From Solirubrobacteraceae bacterium (lineage in GTDB: Bacteria > Actinomycetota > Thermoleophilia > Solirubrobacterales > Solirubrobacteraceae): a stretch of DNA of 64,000 bases. Position numbers and translations under genes: made by a program. Positions 28,358 through 38,583 of the stretch are shown here, piece after piece. The stretch's first letter is position 1. Every line of letters starts with the position of its first letter. The notes below the pieces were generated by a model that saw only the letters and a program-made list of their open reading frames with translations, was not told the DNA's origin and made no database searches. The stretch lies in the NCBI GenBank assembly GCA_039583645.1, contig JAVKSP010000001.1, positions 12,360 to 76,359 of the forward strand, written 5' to 3'.

Positions 28358-29122
28358 ATGACGTTTCGTTCATCGCTGCAGCGTTTGGCAGTACTCGCCC
28401 TTGCCACGGCCTTGCTTGGGCTCGCTTTCGCGGCGCTGCTATCTGCGGGTGCCGCCGACGCGGCCGTGAGAGGCGTCAGTTCTGGCTGCGCAAGGTGCAG
28501 CAATCTTGCGGGCTACACGTTCGAAAGCCCAGAGGCGGACTACGGGCCCAGTCAGTTCACCGAGACGAGCACCTTCGTGGTGCCGAGGCTGAGATGCGGT
28601 AGCGCCGACCGGGCGGTCTTGGCGAGCTTTGGCGGCTATGTCGGCAAAGCCGGTCGGCCCCAGGCGGCCGCACTGTTCATCGGCTGCGATGGCGGCAAGG
28701 CCCACTACTGGCCGCAACTTACGGCGAACGGCAGCATCGAGAACTACCGGACTAAGACTGCCCACCCGGGCGACAAGATCGTGCTGCGTCTGGCCTTCTC
28801 CCGCAAGAGCAGCTCCGTTTCAGTTACCGACCAGACGCACAAGTTCAAGGTCACACGAGCCGGCGGCGCTGGCGGGAGTCTTTACGAGTGGATCGGCGAC
28901 GAGCCCTGGGCTAGGTCCCCTTACCACCTCGAGCGAGTGCCGGACTTCGGGACACTGACTTACTCAAACACCAAGGTGCACGGACACGCCCTCGGCTCCA
29001 GCGCCAGCAGCTCGACCCTTGCACGCAACGATCTCGGAACTCCACGCGGGACGCTCCAAGTCAAAACCGGCCCGCTTTCTAGCGACGGGAAGGCATTCAG
29101 CACTTACTTCAAGCACCACTGA
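28358..29122 (+). CDS. Secreted peptidase G1 (glutamic peptidase)-like protein
   Basis: Signal peptide; TFVVPRL.C, HPGDKI, EWIGDEP, VPDFGTLTYSN. Confidence 0.7.
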   Translation: MTFRSSLQRLAVLALATALLGLAFAALLSAGAADAAVRGVSSGCARCSNLAGYTFESPEADYGPSQFTETSTFVVPRLRCGSADRAVLASFGGYVGKAGRPQAAALFIGCDGGKAHYWPQLTANGSIENYRTKTAHPGDKIVLRLAFSRKSSSVSVTDQTHKFKVTRAGGAGGSLYEWIGDEPWARSPYHLERVPDFGTLTYSNTKVHGHALGSSASSSTLARNDLGTPRGTLQVKTGPLSSDGKAFSTYFKHH

Positions 29123-29336
29123 GCCCACGAAAGCCGCAACAGCGGCAATCCCGCCTTTAGCTCAATCGATTAGAGGAAGCCAGCACAGCGGCTAGACGCC
29201 GCCACCCCAACGCTGGTCTGCGCGACCGATTGTTCGTCGCCGCACGACCACCAATCGATCCCGTCGGGATCGCGCCGAAGAAATCATCAGCTCCGTAACC
29301 CTGACGCTTGGCGAACAGCGCCTAGGCGGGTTCGCA

Positions 29337-29387
29337 GCGCTCGCTTTCGCCAGTGGTTCACCGTCGAGCTGGCGCCTGGTTAGCGAC
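29337..29387 (-). repeat. Bipartite A-25-B element
   Basis: A=GTCGCTAACCAGGCG, 25-bp spacer, B=AAAGCGAGCGC. Confidence 0.78.
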
Positions 29388-29605
29388 GAAGACGTTCGCC
29401 GGCGTGGTCGCGCTTTTGGCGACCAGCCACGCAGAGATCCGCGTGAGAGTGCGGGCGCCGGTTCGGTCATTCGGCGGGGCCCGCGGACCGCAATGACGAG
29501 CCTCGTCTGTCCGACTCTCCGAAGGCAACCTCGGCTCTGTGTGCTGGATCTGTATGAGCGACGTAGTTATGTTGCGGCCAGGCACGTCGCCGAAAGGAGG
29601 GTGGG

Positions 29606-30214
29606 ATGACGGAGGCAACGCCGCATCAGCGCGGTAAGCGCAGCGCCGCGGTCGCCGCTGGCGCGCTGGTTGCTGTCATCCTCGCGTCGGGACTCGGCGC
29701 CATCGCGTTTGCTAGCGGGAAGAGTGTGAAGCCCCACCCGCCAGCCATCACGGGGGCCATCCACCTGAAGCACCGCGACGTCCTTAGCGGCCGGACTGTT
29801 CGCGGCGAGCTGGTGTTCGAGAACCACACCTCGAGCACGAAGGTTCTAATGCGCGGTTGCAAGATAGATGGGCTTTATGCCATCGAGCTCCGTGCTGCAG
29901 AGGGCTATAGCCAAGAGCCTGCTTTCTCCCTCGTCGGCTGCAGCCGAGAGCAAGCGATGCTCGCAAGGCCCGGCACCACGGTCTACCGATTCAGGGTGTC
30001 CGCGACCTTCACAGAGTGCTCGCAGCGCGCCGCGGATCAGCCACCGAAGAGCTCCAAGTCCTGGACCCCGCTGTGCCTCAGGGACTCCAGCGGTCAGCGC
30101 GATGTCATGCCGCCGCTCCCGGCCGGCAAGTACACAGCGGTGTTTTTCCCGGACGGCGAGTGGCACGGCCCACACGTGAAGTCTGCCGACCTGATCGTCA
30201 ACAGACCGAGATGA
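29606..30214 (+). CDS. Secreted or membrane-anchored hypothetical protein
   Basis: N-terminal hydrophobic segment; ends PLPAGKYTAVFFP...DLIV, a beta-sandwich-like pattern. Confidence 0.65.
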   Translation: MTEATPHQRGKRSAAVAAGALVAVILASGLGAIAFASGKSVKPHPPAITGAIHLKHRDVLSGRTVRGELVFENHTSSTKVLMRGCKIDGLYAIELRAAEGYSQEPAFSLVGCSREQAMLARPGTTVYRFRVSATFTECSQRAADQPPKSSKSWTPLCLRDSSGQRDVMPPLPAGKYTAVFFPDGEWHGPHVKSADLIVNRPR

Positions 30215-31080
30215 GGGCGATGAGTTTGACTGGGTTACGTGAGTGTGGCTTGTTGTCGCCTGCGCCTGGGTGGCGTGTTTTGTTGCTGGCGGCCCTGGCG
30301 CTGGTGTGTGGGGCGGGTGGCGCGGCGGCGCGGTCGGAGCCGTCCAGAACCGCCAGCGCCCACCTGTACTGGACGAACAACGCCGGCACGATCGTCGAGG
30401 CCAAGCCGAACGGCAAGGAAGCGACGACCATCGCGACAGGCCAGAAGCTCCCAACAGGGATAGCGGTCAGCAATACCCACCTCTACTGGGCCAGCTACCG
30501 AAACCGCACGATCACCGAGGCTAACCTGAACGGCACCGACGCCAAGACCATCGCCAGGGGCCAGGGCGGCCCAAACGGGGTGGCGGTCGGCGGCGGCCAC
30601 CTGTACTGGGCCAACACGAACGCGGGCACGATCGTCGAGGCCAACCTCAACGGCCCCGACGCCAAGACGATCGCCAAGCGCCAGGACTTTCCAGGCGCGG
30701 TCGCGGTTGGCGGCGGGCATCTGTACTGGACAAGCGAGGAGCGCGGCACGATCGTCGAGGCCAACCGGGATGGCACCGGCGCCAAGACCATCGCCAGGAA
30801 CCAGCTCTTGCCAATCTGGGTGGCAGTCGACAGCAGCCACCTCTACTGGGACAACTCTGTCGCTGCCGGCACGATCGTCGAGGCGAACCTGAACGGCACC
30901 GACGCCAAGACCATCGCCACGAACCAAAAACATCCCGACGGGGTGGCAGTCGACAGCAGCCACCTCTACTGGGCCAACTCTCAGGCCGGCACGATCGTCG
31001 AGGCCAAGCCCAACGGCACCGACGCGAAGACCATAGCCATGGGCCAGAAGCACCCGGACGGGATGGCAGTCGGACCCTAG
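30211..31080 (+). CDS. Secreted six-repeat YW(T/A)-type beta-propeller (LDL-receptor class B-like)
   Basis: Six roughly 40-aa repeats HLYW...GTIVEANLNGTDAKTIA with about 120-bp DNA period (30361, 30478, 30598, 30718, 30838, 30958). Confidence 0.85.
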   Translation: MRAMSLTGLRECGLLSPAPGWRVLLLAALALVCGAGGAAARSEPSRTASAHLYWTNNAGTIVEAKPNGKEATTIATGQKLPTGIAVSNTHLYWASYRNRTITEANLNGTDAKTIARGQGGPNGVAVGGGHLYWANTNAGTIVEANLNGPDAKTIAKRQDFPGAVAVGGGHLYWTSEERGTIVEANRDGTGAKTIARNQLLPIWVAVDSSHLYWDNSVAAGTIVEANLNGTDAKTIATNQKHPDGVAVDSSHLYWANSQAGTIVEAKPNGTDAKTIAMGQKHPDGMAVGP

Positions 31081-31223
31081 CGGGCCCAAACCCCCGGCGA
31101 AGGCGCATCGCCTAAGCGCACCATCAGCTCCCACCACCGAGGCATAGCCAGCGACCGGCAACGAACACCGGGTCGGATTGCCTCTCCGCTAAACGCGAGC
31201 TTCCGCCGCGAGCCACAGACCTC

Positions 31224-31275
31224 GCGCTCGCTTTCATCACGGCGACCGTCTCCGGCCCTGCGCTCGCAATGCGAC
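31224..31275 (-). repeat. Bipartite A-26-B element
   Basis: A=GTCGCATTGCGAGCG, 26-bp spacer, B=AAAGCGAGCGC. Confidence 0.85.
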
Positions 31276-31519
31276 GAGGGCGAATCACTAGCCTCAGCGA
31301 CGCCCAAGTGAGCGGTTGGTCGCCGAAGCAATCGCGCGCCGCGTACCGTCCGGAGGCTGAATGCGATCGTGGCGACGCCGCGGCGGCCGATGCGTGCTTC
31401 TGAAGGCGAAAGGAGCGGCGCGCGCAAGGCCAGGCTTAGCACGGGCGACTGGCGGGCGAGGTGCCGTCCAGAGCCGCACTTGCGCCGACAAGAGCACGCG
31501 CCATAGGATGCTTCTGCCG

Positions 31520-32971
31520 ATGGTGCCGCCATCTGGAGAAGCGCCTCGAGTGTCGAGCGATATTGAGGCCGGAGAGCGAGCCGCGCCGCGGGCATCTGTT
31601 GAGCGCATCCCTCTTTTCCGGGGAAGATCACGTGCAAGAGAGTTCGCAGCTCAACTTGACGAGCTGCGCGCACGAGTTGACCGACTGGGGCTACTTTCAG
31701 TTGTAGAGCTAGAGTCGCGGCGCGCCACGCTCGAGTCCGAAACCGCGACGCTTGCCGACAACCTCGAGCGGGAGCGAGCGCAAGCAGCGGCGGTAGTGGA
31801 GAAGGAGACTGCCGATGCGAAGGCGCGGGCGGAGAAGGTCATCAGTGATCTCCAGGTCCAGGAGCGTGACCTCGCCGCCCAGCTAGACCGACTGCGCGAG
31901 GAAGTCGTGGTGACTGAGGAAACTTCACTCCTTCAGGAGGTGGGTCTTTATGAGTATCGGCACCCGTTGACGGACGCGGTGGCCTACCAAGCCGAACTGA
32001 AGCGGCTGCAGGACATGATCAAAGTAATGGCCCTCAAGGACGGCGGCGCGGTACTCGCTTCTACAGACTGGACTGTAAACGGATCGCGTTCCCAGGGAAG
32101 AGCAATGGTGCGTGAATACTCGAAGCTGGTGCTACGCGCATACAACGCGGAGGCCGACAATCTTGTGCGCGGTCTCAAGCCCTACAAGCTGAACTCGGCG
32201 ATCGAGAGGCTCTCGCGGATCAAGCTGACGATTTCCCGGCTTGGCAAGACCATGAACATTCGGATCTCCGACCGCTATCACGCATTGCGGGTAAAAGAAC
32301 TCGAACTTACGGCTGACTATTTGGAGAAGCGGGCCGAGGAGCAAGAACGCGAACGCGCCGAGCGCGAGCGGCTCAAGGAGGAGCGTCGAGTTCAACAGGA
32401 GCTTGCGCGCGAGCGTGCGCGGCTCGAGAAGGAGCACGAGCACTACACGAACGTCATCAAGCGGCTCATCGAGCAGGGTAAACATGAGGCTGTGGCTGAG
32501 CACACCGAGACGCTCGCGCAGATCGAGCAAGCCATTCAAGATGTGGATTACCGGGTGGCGAACGTCCGTGCGGGATATGTGTACGTCATCTCGAACGTCG
32601 GCGCGTTTGGCGAGCGGATGATCAAGGTCGGTCTCACGCGTCGCATCGATCCTACGGAGCGGGTACGGGAACTGGGCGACGCCTCAGTTCCCTTCCGCTA
32701 CGACACACACGCGCTCTTCTTCTCCGATGACGCCGTGGGCCTTGAAACTAAGTTGCATGCCCGCTTGGCGGATCGACGAGTCAACTGGGTCAATAAGCGC
32801 CGAGAGTTTTTCTATGCCACGCCAGAAGAGGCAAAGCGTCACTTAATAGAACTTGCGGGCGAGCTTCTGGAGTACAGCGACGAGCCCGAGGCACTTGAGT
32901 ACAGACAGAGCCTCAACCACGCGAAGACGCTATCCACTGACGGAGATCCGGACGCCCCAAGGCCGCCCTGA
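31520..32971 (+). CDS. DUF4041 plus T5orf172/GIY-YIG-like protein (PD-Lambda-1/SNIPE-like)
   Basis: Coiled coil; KLVLRAYNAEADN; AGYVYVISNVGAFGERMIKVGLTRR.DPTERVRELGDASVPF.YD.HA; VNKRREFF. Start could also be 31508. Confidence 0.85.
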   Translation: MVPPSGEAPRVSSDIEAGERAAPRASVERIPLFRGRSRAREFAAQLDELRARVDRLGLLSVVELESRRATLESETATLADNLERERAQAAAVVEKETADAKARAEKVISDLQVQERDLAAQLDRLREEVVVTEETSLLQEVGLYEYRHPLTDAVAYQAELKRLQDMIKVMALKDGGAVLASTDWTVNGSRSQGRAMVREYSKLVLRAYNAEADNLVRGLKPYKLNSAIERLSRIKLTISRLGKTMNIRISDRYHALRVKELELTADYLEKRAEEQERERAERERLKEERRVQQELARERARLEKEHEHYTNVIKRLIEQGKHEAVAEHTETLAQIEQAIQDVDYRVANVRAGYVYVISNVGAFGERMIKVGLTRRIDPTERVRELGDASVPFRYDTHALFFSDDAVGLETKLHARLADRRVNWVNKRREFFYATPEEAKRHLIELAGELLEYSDEPEALEYRQSLNHAKTLSTDGDPDAPRPP

Positions 32972-33500
32972 TCGAGCCCTTCATTGCGGCCGCCGGCCGC
33001 CCCGGTCGCGGGCTTGGTGGTGAGCACTGAGCGGCGACCTACCCGACAGCGATTCTCCTATGAAGACGGTCGTTGCCCAGCACCATCACGAGCGGTCGTG
33101 ACGTTCCCCGGTGCGCGAGGTCCGCACCGCGGAGATTGCGGCTGCTGACACAGCCTCACGAGACGGCCATTCCGGACGAGGACTCCGCCGGAAACGTTTC
33201 CGTCTAGCGTGGGCGGTCTGCCAGTGCACGGCCGGTGCGTCAAGACCAGGCGCACTGGGCTCGAGTCCGTTGGTCGCGCTTTCGCACTCGCCCAAACGCG
33301 TGCACGGCGGGCCTGGGGCGGTGACGCCACCTTGAGGGCTCGCGGGCTCACCGGTGCAAGCCCGCGCTGCCGCCCATCGCGCGGCCCAGGATCGCTCCAA
33401 CGCCGCGATCACGCATCGGCCCAGCTCGCTTGAGGGCTCAGCGCGCTCCCGGCACGCGATACCCCATCCCCGGCGCTCGCCCGGCGTTATCGTCTCGGCT

Positions 33501-33845
33501 GTGGACAGACAGCTCGCCCTGATCGAGTTCCCGGCCGATGATCCCGACCGCGCGCGCCGGTTCTGGTCGAGTCTGCTCGGCGCTGAGTTGGCCGAACGCA
33601 GCGATGCCGAAGGCCGCGGCTGGCAGACACACGACGGTGATCCCGACGTCGGGATCCACGAGCGTGGCACCGGCCCCGGCGACACGGTCTCTTTGCCCTA
33701 CTTCACCATTACCAACATGGACGCGGCGCTCCACCAGGTCAAGGCTCTGGGTGGAAGCGTTGTCCATCCCGGGTCGCGGTCGGCGATCTGTCGGGACTCC
33801 GAGGGGAGCCCATTCGGACTTGCCCTCGACTTCCGCCCCTCGTAG
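33501..33845 (+). CDS. VOC/glyoxalase family protein
   Basis: IEFPADDPDRARRFWSSLLG, LPYFTITNMDAAL..VKALGG, CRDSEGSPFGL. Confidence 0.88.
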   Translation: MDRQLALIEFPADDPDRARRFWSSLLGAELAERSDAEGRGWQTHDGDPDVGIHERGTGPGDTVSLPYFTITNMDAALHQVKALGGSVVHPGSRSAICRDSEGSPFGLALDFRPS

Positions 33846-33905
33846 CGCTGATGCTCCGAATCGGTTGCGGCACGCCGTCGCGCGGCGCCGACTAACGACC
33901 CCTAG

Positions 33906-33958
33906 GTCGCCATTGCGATGGCCGACATCTTTGCGCCCGAATGACAAAGCGATCGCGC
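33906..33958 (+). repeat. Bipartite element, GTCGCCATT subtype, 24-bp spacer
   Basis: A=GTCGCCATTGCGATGG, B=AAAGCGATCGCGC. Confidence 0.6.
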
Positions 33959-33963
33959 AGGGT

Positions 33964-34551
33964 CTACGTCAGGTGTTGCCCACCGGAAACGAGGCCCTGG
34001 ACTCGATGTAGGCGCTTGTTGTCAAGCAGTGCGACGAGACGGGCGATGTCGGCACGCATATCGTCCAGCGTGATCACCATATCGACGGCCGTAGCGGCCT
34101 TCTTCAGAGGGATTCTCCAGCCGTAGAAGCGACCATCCCCTTTGGCTTGCCACTGGTTGTGGACGTAGTCGTTCCGCTTGGTCGTGATGCCCTTTGCTTC
34201 AGCTAGGAACTCCTCTGCAAACTTACGATCGGCTTGCGGGAGCCGGTGAAGCTCCTTCAAAGCCATGTCGATGAGTCGGCTGACGCTCAGCTCCGTGTGG
34301 GCCTGCTGGTCACGCCCGACGAGGTACTGGAGGAAGCCACGGATCTTGTTCTCGAGGGTCGCGCCCAGCCCGACGATGCGCCCCATGGCCGCGAAGAACT
34401 CCTCCGAGCGGTTGCCGATGATGTTCAACGGAACGCCATACGCGTCCGGGGTCGCGTAGCCAATCAGGTAGTCCTCCTCGGCGAGCTCTTCTTCCCAGCC
34501 CTCAGCCACCTCGAAGAGGCTAGATGATGACCGCGAGACGCTCTCTTGCAT
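33964..34551 (-). CDS. Hypothetical protein with HEPN-like RxxxxH motif
   Basis: AMGRIVGLGATLE helix and KRNDYVH (R-x4-H). Confidence 0.6.
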   Translation of the reverse strand: MQESVSRSSSSLFEVAEGWEEELAEEDYLIGYATPDAYGVPLNIIGNRSEEFFAAMGRIVGLGATLENKIRGFLQYLVGRDQQAHTELSVSRLIDMALKELHRLPQADRKFAEEFLAEAKGITTKRNDYVHNQWQAKGDGRFYGWRIPLKKAATAVDMVITLDDMRADIARLVALLDNKRLHRVQGLVSGGQHLT

Positions 34552-34647
34552 CAGCGCCCCGACGCCGGGCGGACGTTCGCGCGGGCGGCGAATTCGATCG
34601 TGCGCCGGAGACGAGAACCCTAATCTCGCGGGATACTGGCGGCGTGG

Positions 34648-35528
34648 ATGAGGACGCGCCGGTTTCCTACCTGCCGCTGGCGAGAGACGCGCGCGTATAC
34701 GCATTTCGCTCTAGGCCTTGGAGATGACGATTTGACGGCCGAGGAAGCGATCGAGCGCGTGGCGCTTCGCGAGGCGATGCTGGAGTCACTGAAGCGCGAG
34801 GAACCCGACCAGTACCTCGGGTTCAAGCGACAGACGGCAAGCGTTCTTCTGGAGCGCGGGGTTCCGGTTATGGGCGACGGTGCCGACCTGCGTCGGATTG
34901 ACTATCAACGCTTCCGCGAGATCGTCTGGAAGCTGATCAACTCGGGCATCCTCGTCCCGGGGAAGGACTCAAGCAACGAGAACTGGCCTTTCCTGAGCAT
35001 CACCGAGATAGGCCGGGACTACCTCGAGAAGGGTGGGCCCGACGTATACGACCCCGAGAACTACGTAGGTCAGCTCGCGATCAGGTACCCAGTCGATGAA
35101 GTCGAGGCGCGATACCTCGGGCAGCGATTGCTGCGTTCGATGCTGACCTGCCGGACGCCTCTGCCGTCATGCTTGGGGCAGCGGCTGAGCACGTCATCCT
35201 CGTACTCGCGGAGACCATCGCCAAGAGCGACGAAGACGAGGCCAGGGACATCGAGCGATTGCGAGACGGGCCCGCGCTGAGGCTGCTCCGGCGCGTCAAC
35301 AGCTACCTGGAGGAGCACGGCGACAAGCTCTCGAGGCGCTTACGCGAGCAGCGTGAGGCGAACTTCGGCAGCGTCGCGTCGATCATCCGTGTGGCGCGCA
35401 ACGACGGAGGGCACCCAGCGCTGGATGTGGTCGATCGTGACCAGGCGCTGCTCCTTTTGCGGATCTTCCCCAACTTCCGGAACTGGGCGTACGAAGTGAT
35501 GTCGGAGCTACGTCCCGGAGCCCCTTAA
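34648..35528 (+). pseudogene. HEPN-like (RNDGGHP) protein, apparent 1-nt deletion near 35125
   Basis: Frame 1 runs ...VYDPENYV...ARYLGQ and continues in another frame as AIAAFDADLPDASAVMLGAAAE...RNDGGHP; one G is missing at CAG -CG ATT. Confidence 0.65.
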
Positions 35529-35562
35529 GCGCGATCTCCCACGACTCGCCTGCGGTGATTGC

Positions 35563-35615
35563 GCGAGCGCTTTCGTGTCTCACATCAAAGACCGCTCAAT
35601 GACCGCCTCGGCGAA
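35563..35615 (-). repeat. Bipartite element, degenerate A
   Basis: B=AAAGCGCTCGC, 26-bp spacer, A matches 11/16 to the copy at 38382. Confidence 0.45.
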
Positions 35616-35716
35616 GCCGTGATAATCGTGGCTTCCGCCGACGACCTCGTGCTCCGACCTTCGCTTTCTTCGCTCGAATGCTCGCGCTCATCGACCCCGC
35701 GGGGGGGCGCTTAGGG

Positions 35717-36583
35717 GTGGCTGGAAGTCTCGAAGGGCCGCTCGCCAAGTTCTCGCGAGCCGAACGCCAAGTGGACATGCTCCAGAAGGAGATCGAAGCC
35801 ATCTGGCCGCCAAGCCAACCCTGGCCCGTCCGGACCGAAAGACGCCGGCGTGGATTGGAATACCGCTTCTATCTGGGCGAGCTTCCCGAGGTCGATCCTG
35901 ATTGGCTGCTGTGGGCGGGAGAAATCATGTTCGACATGCGATCCGCTCTCGACCATCTGGGCTACCAGCTGCACGTTCGGCACTTCAGAGGCAACCTGCC
36001 CTCCCAACACGAGGGTGTCCCGATGTTCCCCATCTACGACAGCCCCGCGAGGTTCAAAAAGTGGGGCGAGAACCGCATCCGACTCCTCGGCGATCGCGAC
36101 CAGCGGGCGATCAAGCACCTGCAGCCGTACATAACTCGGCGGGACAAGTGGGCCGGGACTCGCTTCTGGCTGGGAAAACTCAACCAGCTTCACAACATCG
36201 ACAAGCATCGGAAGCTACACCTTGTAGCGGCAGCGCAGACCGTCACGGTCGGGCCAACGTTTCCCCCTGCAACGGGCTGGCAGACCATTCCGGTCTGGGG
36301 GGAGGTGGAATCCAATAGCCACGTCGAGACGTGGACCTTCACCAAGCCGCCAGCCGTGATGCAAGCGCACCGCGGTGCGACCATCGAGATAACCCTCAAT
36401 CCCGAAGGCGAGTTTGTAAGCCTCATCCGTTTCCTCCGTCGTACGCGCGCCAGCGTGCGAGCAGTGCTTCACCGCTTCGCCGACCGATTCCCGGAAATCG
36501 AAGGCGCATTCGATCCAACCAAGGCGTACAAGCCGCCGGTAGGGGCTGTCCGATACTCACCTCGGACGCGATTCCGACCGTAG
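35717..36583 (+). CDS. Hypothetical protein of the RSALDHL...N.DKHR type
   Basis: MRSALDHL, FPI, LQPY, LNQLHNIDKHR motifs; function unknown. Confidence 0.7.
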   Translation: MAGSLEGPLAKFSRAERQVDMLQKEIEAIWPPSQPWPVRTERRRRGLEYRFYLGELPEVDPDWLLWAGEIMFDMRSALDHLGYQLHVRHFRGNLPSQHEGVPMFPIYDSPARFKKWGENRIRLLGDRDQRAIKHLQPYITRRDKWAGTRFWLGKLNQLHNIDKHRKLHLVAAAQTVTVGPTFPPATGWQTIPVWGEVESNSHVETWTFTKPPAVMQAHRGATIEITLNPEGEFVSLIRFLRRTRASVRAVLHRFADRFPEIEGAFDPTKAYKPPVGAVRYSPRTRFRP

Positions 36584-36654
36584 ATCCAGACCTTCCATTT
36601 CATTGAAATTTGCTCGCTCATTCTGTCCAGCGACCCAAGTGGGGCCACTGCCAC

Positions 36655-36707
36655 CGCGATCGCTTTCGTCGCTCGTCCCGGCGATGAGCACGTGATCGCT
36701 TAGGCTC
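36655..36707 (-). repeat. Bipartite element, degenerate A
   Basis: B=AAAGCGATCGCG, 26-bp spacer, A=GAGCCTAAGCGATCA (10/15). Confidence 0.5.
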
Positions 36708-36967
36708 CTGACCGACATCTACGGGTCCGCGGGGTGTGCGATCGCTTTGCCGCAAGAGAAACGCCCAGTTCGCACTTACGTGGTGGCGGGACGTCTTGTA
36801 TCGACGGGCGGGGGTCGCGGTATGCGCAGCTTCAATGCGGGAAGCATCAATGAGGTCCTCAGCGTCAGCTTCTTCGTGCTGATCGCGGCGGTGTCGGCGT
36901 CGAACCAGGTGGTAGCGGTGGCCCAGCGCCACCCGACTCTGTAACCCCCCGCGAAAGCCGGAGTGGG

Positions 36968-38095
36968 ATGCGCAGACCTCGTGAGTCCGGAGGAAGCGGC
37001 GGTTCTTCTGAGCCCGAATTGAGAGCACGACTGATCAGTTTCTGGCAGAGGCTTACGCGCCGGTCGACCACGCGTCAGACCGCCGCATCGAAGGGTGCAG
37101 ATCTCGTAGCAGGGACTGCCGGATCGGCAGCAGCGATTGGTGGCGCGCTGCTCCTTCCGCCGTTCGGGTCTCTGATCGGGCCGGCGGTGACCGCTACGAC
37201 CAGGAAGCTCCTCCACGAGCTAGGCATCGACCGGGTATTCGCGACATCGGCCGAAGAGTTCGCTGCGCGGGTCTTGGGTCCGCGCCAGCAGGAGAGAATC
37301 CGCATCACATACGAAACGGCAGCCCGGGGAATCGTCGATCTTGTCCAGAACGGTCCTGGCGTGCGAGACGACGGCTTCTTCACAGACCGGCGCGAGGATG
37401 GTTCAACGGCGGCAGAAGAGACATTGGAGCATCTGCTCCAAGTCGCTCAGGACGACTACGACCGCCGTAAAGCGGAAGCGCTCGGACGATTACTCACGTT
37501 CATAACGAAACGGCCAGATATTCCGCCCGCGCACGCTAACCGACTCATCGAGCTGGCCACGCGTCTGACCTACCAGCAGTTGCTCTGGCTAGGTCTCTTC
37601 CACGTGATTAAAGATCCCAACCACCTACCTGACTGGTCATGCGCTGGCATTGTCAACAGTCACGAGACCCAGTTCATCAGCGAGGTCGGAGAACTCGCGG
37701 CACTCCAACTGGTCAAGCGCCGAGACAACGCCCGCATCTCTGACTTTGGTCAGCTCAACCCGCGCCAACTCCAGACCATCCTTGACGGGAAGCTCTTAGC
37801 GAAAGGGATGGGCCTCCATGAAGCAGAAGAGGATGATGTGAATGCCCTCCGGGAAGTCCTCATTCACCTGGGAGTGATCGATGCGGACCGGGGTAGAACG
37901 CCCGTAGATGCGATCGGCATGCCAGGGGCGAAGGCTGGGAGTGCGGTCAGACTCAACTATCGAGTAGTGCAATTCCCGCCACCGCGACCTTTGGTTCGTA
38001 GCCCTGAAAGCGAGGCCTTAGCCCCATCCGACGACAAAGAGCCTGGCCCCGGTGAGCTAGACATCGTGGTAGAGCCTCCGAAGAACGACGAGTAG
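36968..38095 (+). CDS. Hypothetical protein, possibly Abi-alpha/DUF4393-like
   Basis: Gly/Ala-rich hydrophobic N-terminal segment; LEHLLQVAQ...RRKAEALGRLL...LTYQQLLWL helical pattern. Confidence 0.6.
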   Translation: MRRPRESGGSGGSSEPELRARLISFWQRLTRRSTTRQTAASKGADLVAGTAGSAAAIGGALLLPPFGSLIGPAVTATTRKLLHELGIDRVFATSAEEFAARVLGPRQQERIRITYETAARGIVDLVQNGPGVRDDGFFTDRREDGSTAAEETLEHLLQVAQDDYDRRKAEALGRLLTFITKRPDIPPAHANRLIELATRLTYQQLLWLGLFHVIKDPNHLPDWSCAGIVNSHETQFISEVGELAALQLVKRRDNARISDFGQLNPRQLQTILDGKLLAKGMGLHEAEEDDVNALREVLIHLGVIDADRGRTPVDAIGMPGAKAGSAVRLNYRVVQFPPPRPLVRSPESEALAPSDDKEPGPGELDIVVEPPKNDE

Positions 38096-38342
38096 CGAGA
38101 AGGCAGCTTTCCCGACGCCCTTCGCCACCCGACGACGACACCGGAGGGGACCTCAAGGCCGGGCACGCCTACATGATCGAGCTCCGCGACGAAGCGTCGA
38201 CCGCCTGGAGCGACCGGTTTGTGGGGTTCGAGTTCAAGTCGTCTCGGCCCCCTGCCTGCCCGAGTCGGGTCGCCCTCCGACTAAAGGGATGGTGGTGGTG
38301 GCGGCTCTGCCGCGCCGACGGCGAGCCCAAAGCGGGCCATGC

Positions 38343-38397
38343 GAGCGATTGCTTTCGTAGGTTGGGCAGAGGCGACGCGCACGACCGCAATGGCGAC
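38343..38397 (-). repeat. Bipartite element, GTCGCCATT subtype, 26-bp spacer
   Basis: A=GTCGCCATTGCGGTCG, B=AAAGCAATCGCTC. Confidence 0.68.
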
Positions 38398-38583
38398 AAC
38401 TCGCTTGCTCGGCGTCAAGCTGATCTGCACAACGGCTCACGATCGTCTTCGTCGCCAAGCGGTCATCTGATCGATGCTGTGTCGGAGACGAAAGCAGGTG
38501 TCCCGGGGGCCGCTGCGCAGACGACCGGCGTGCCGAGTGCAGGATGCGGCGGGAGGCAAAGCGCGCGGCTACCGTAGTGGGCG

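Noticed and set aside
30235-31161. Long antisense or alternate-frame ORFs (also 275-865, 9872-10627, 58895-59713, 61690-62568, 62045-63451, 62487-63581)
   Set aside because: They shadow well-supported genes; open frames are expected in high-GC, GC3-biased DNA.
36747-36944. Small hydrophobic ORF
   Set aside because: No motif, unclear start, and it lies in a repeat-bearing gap.
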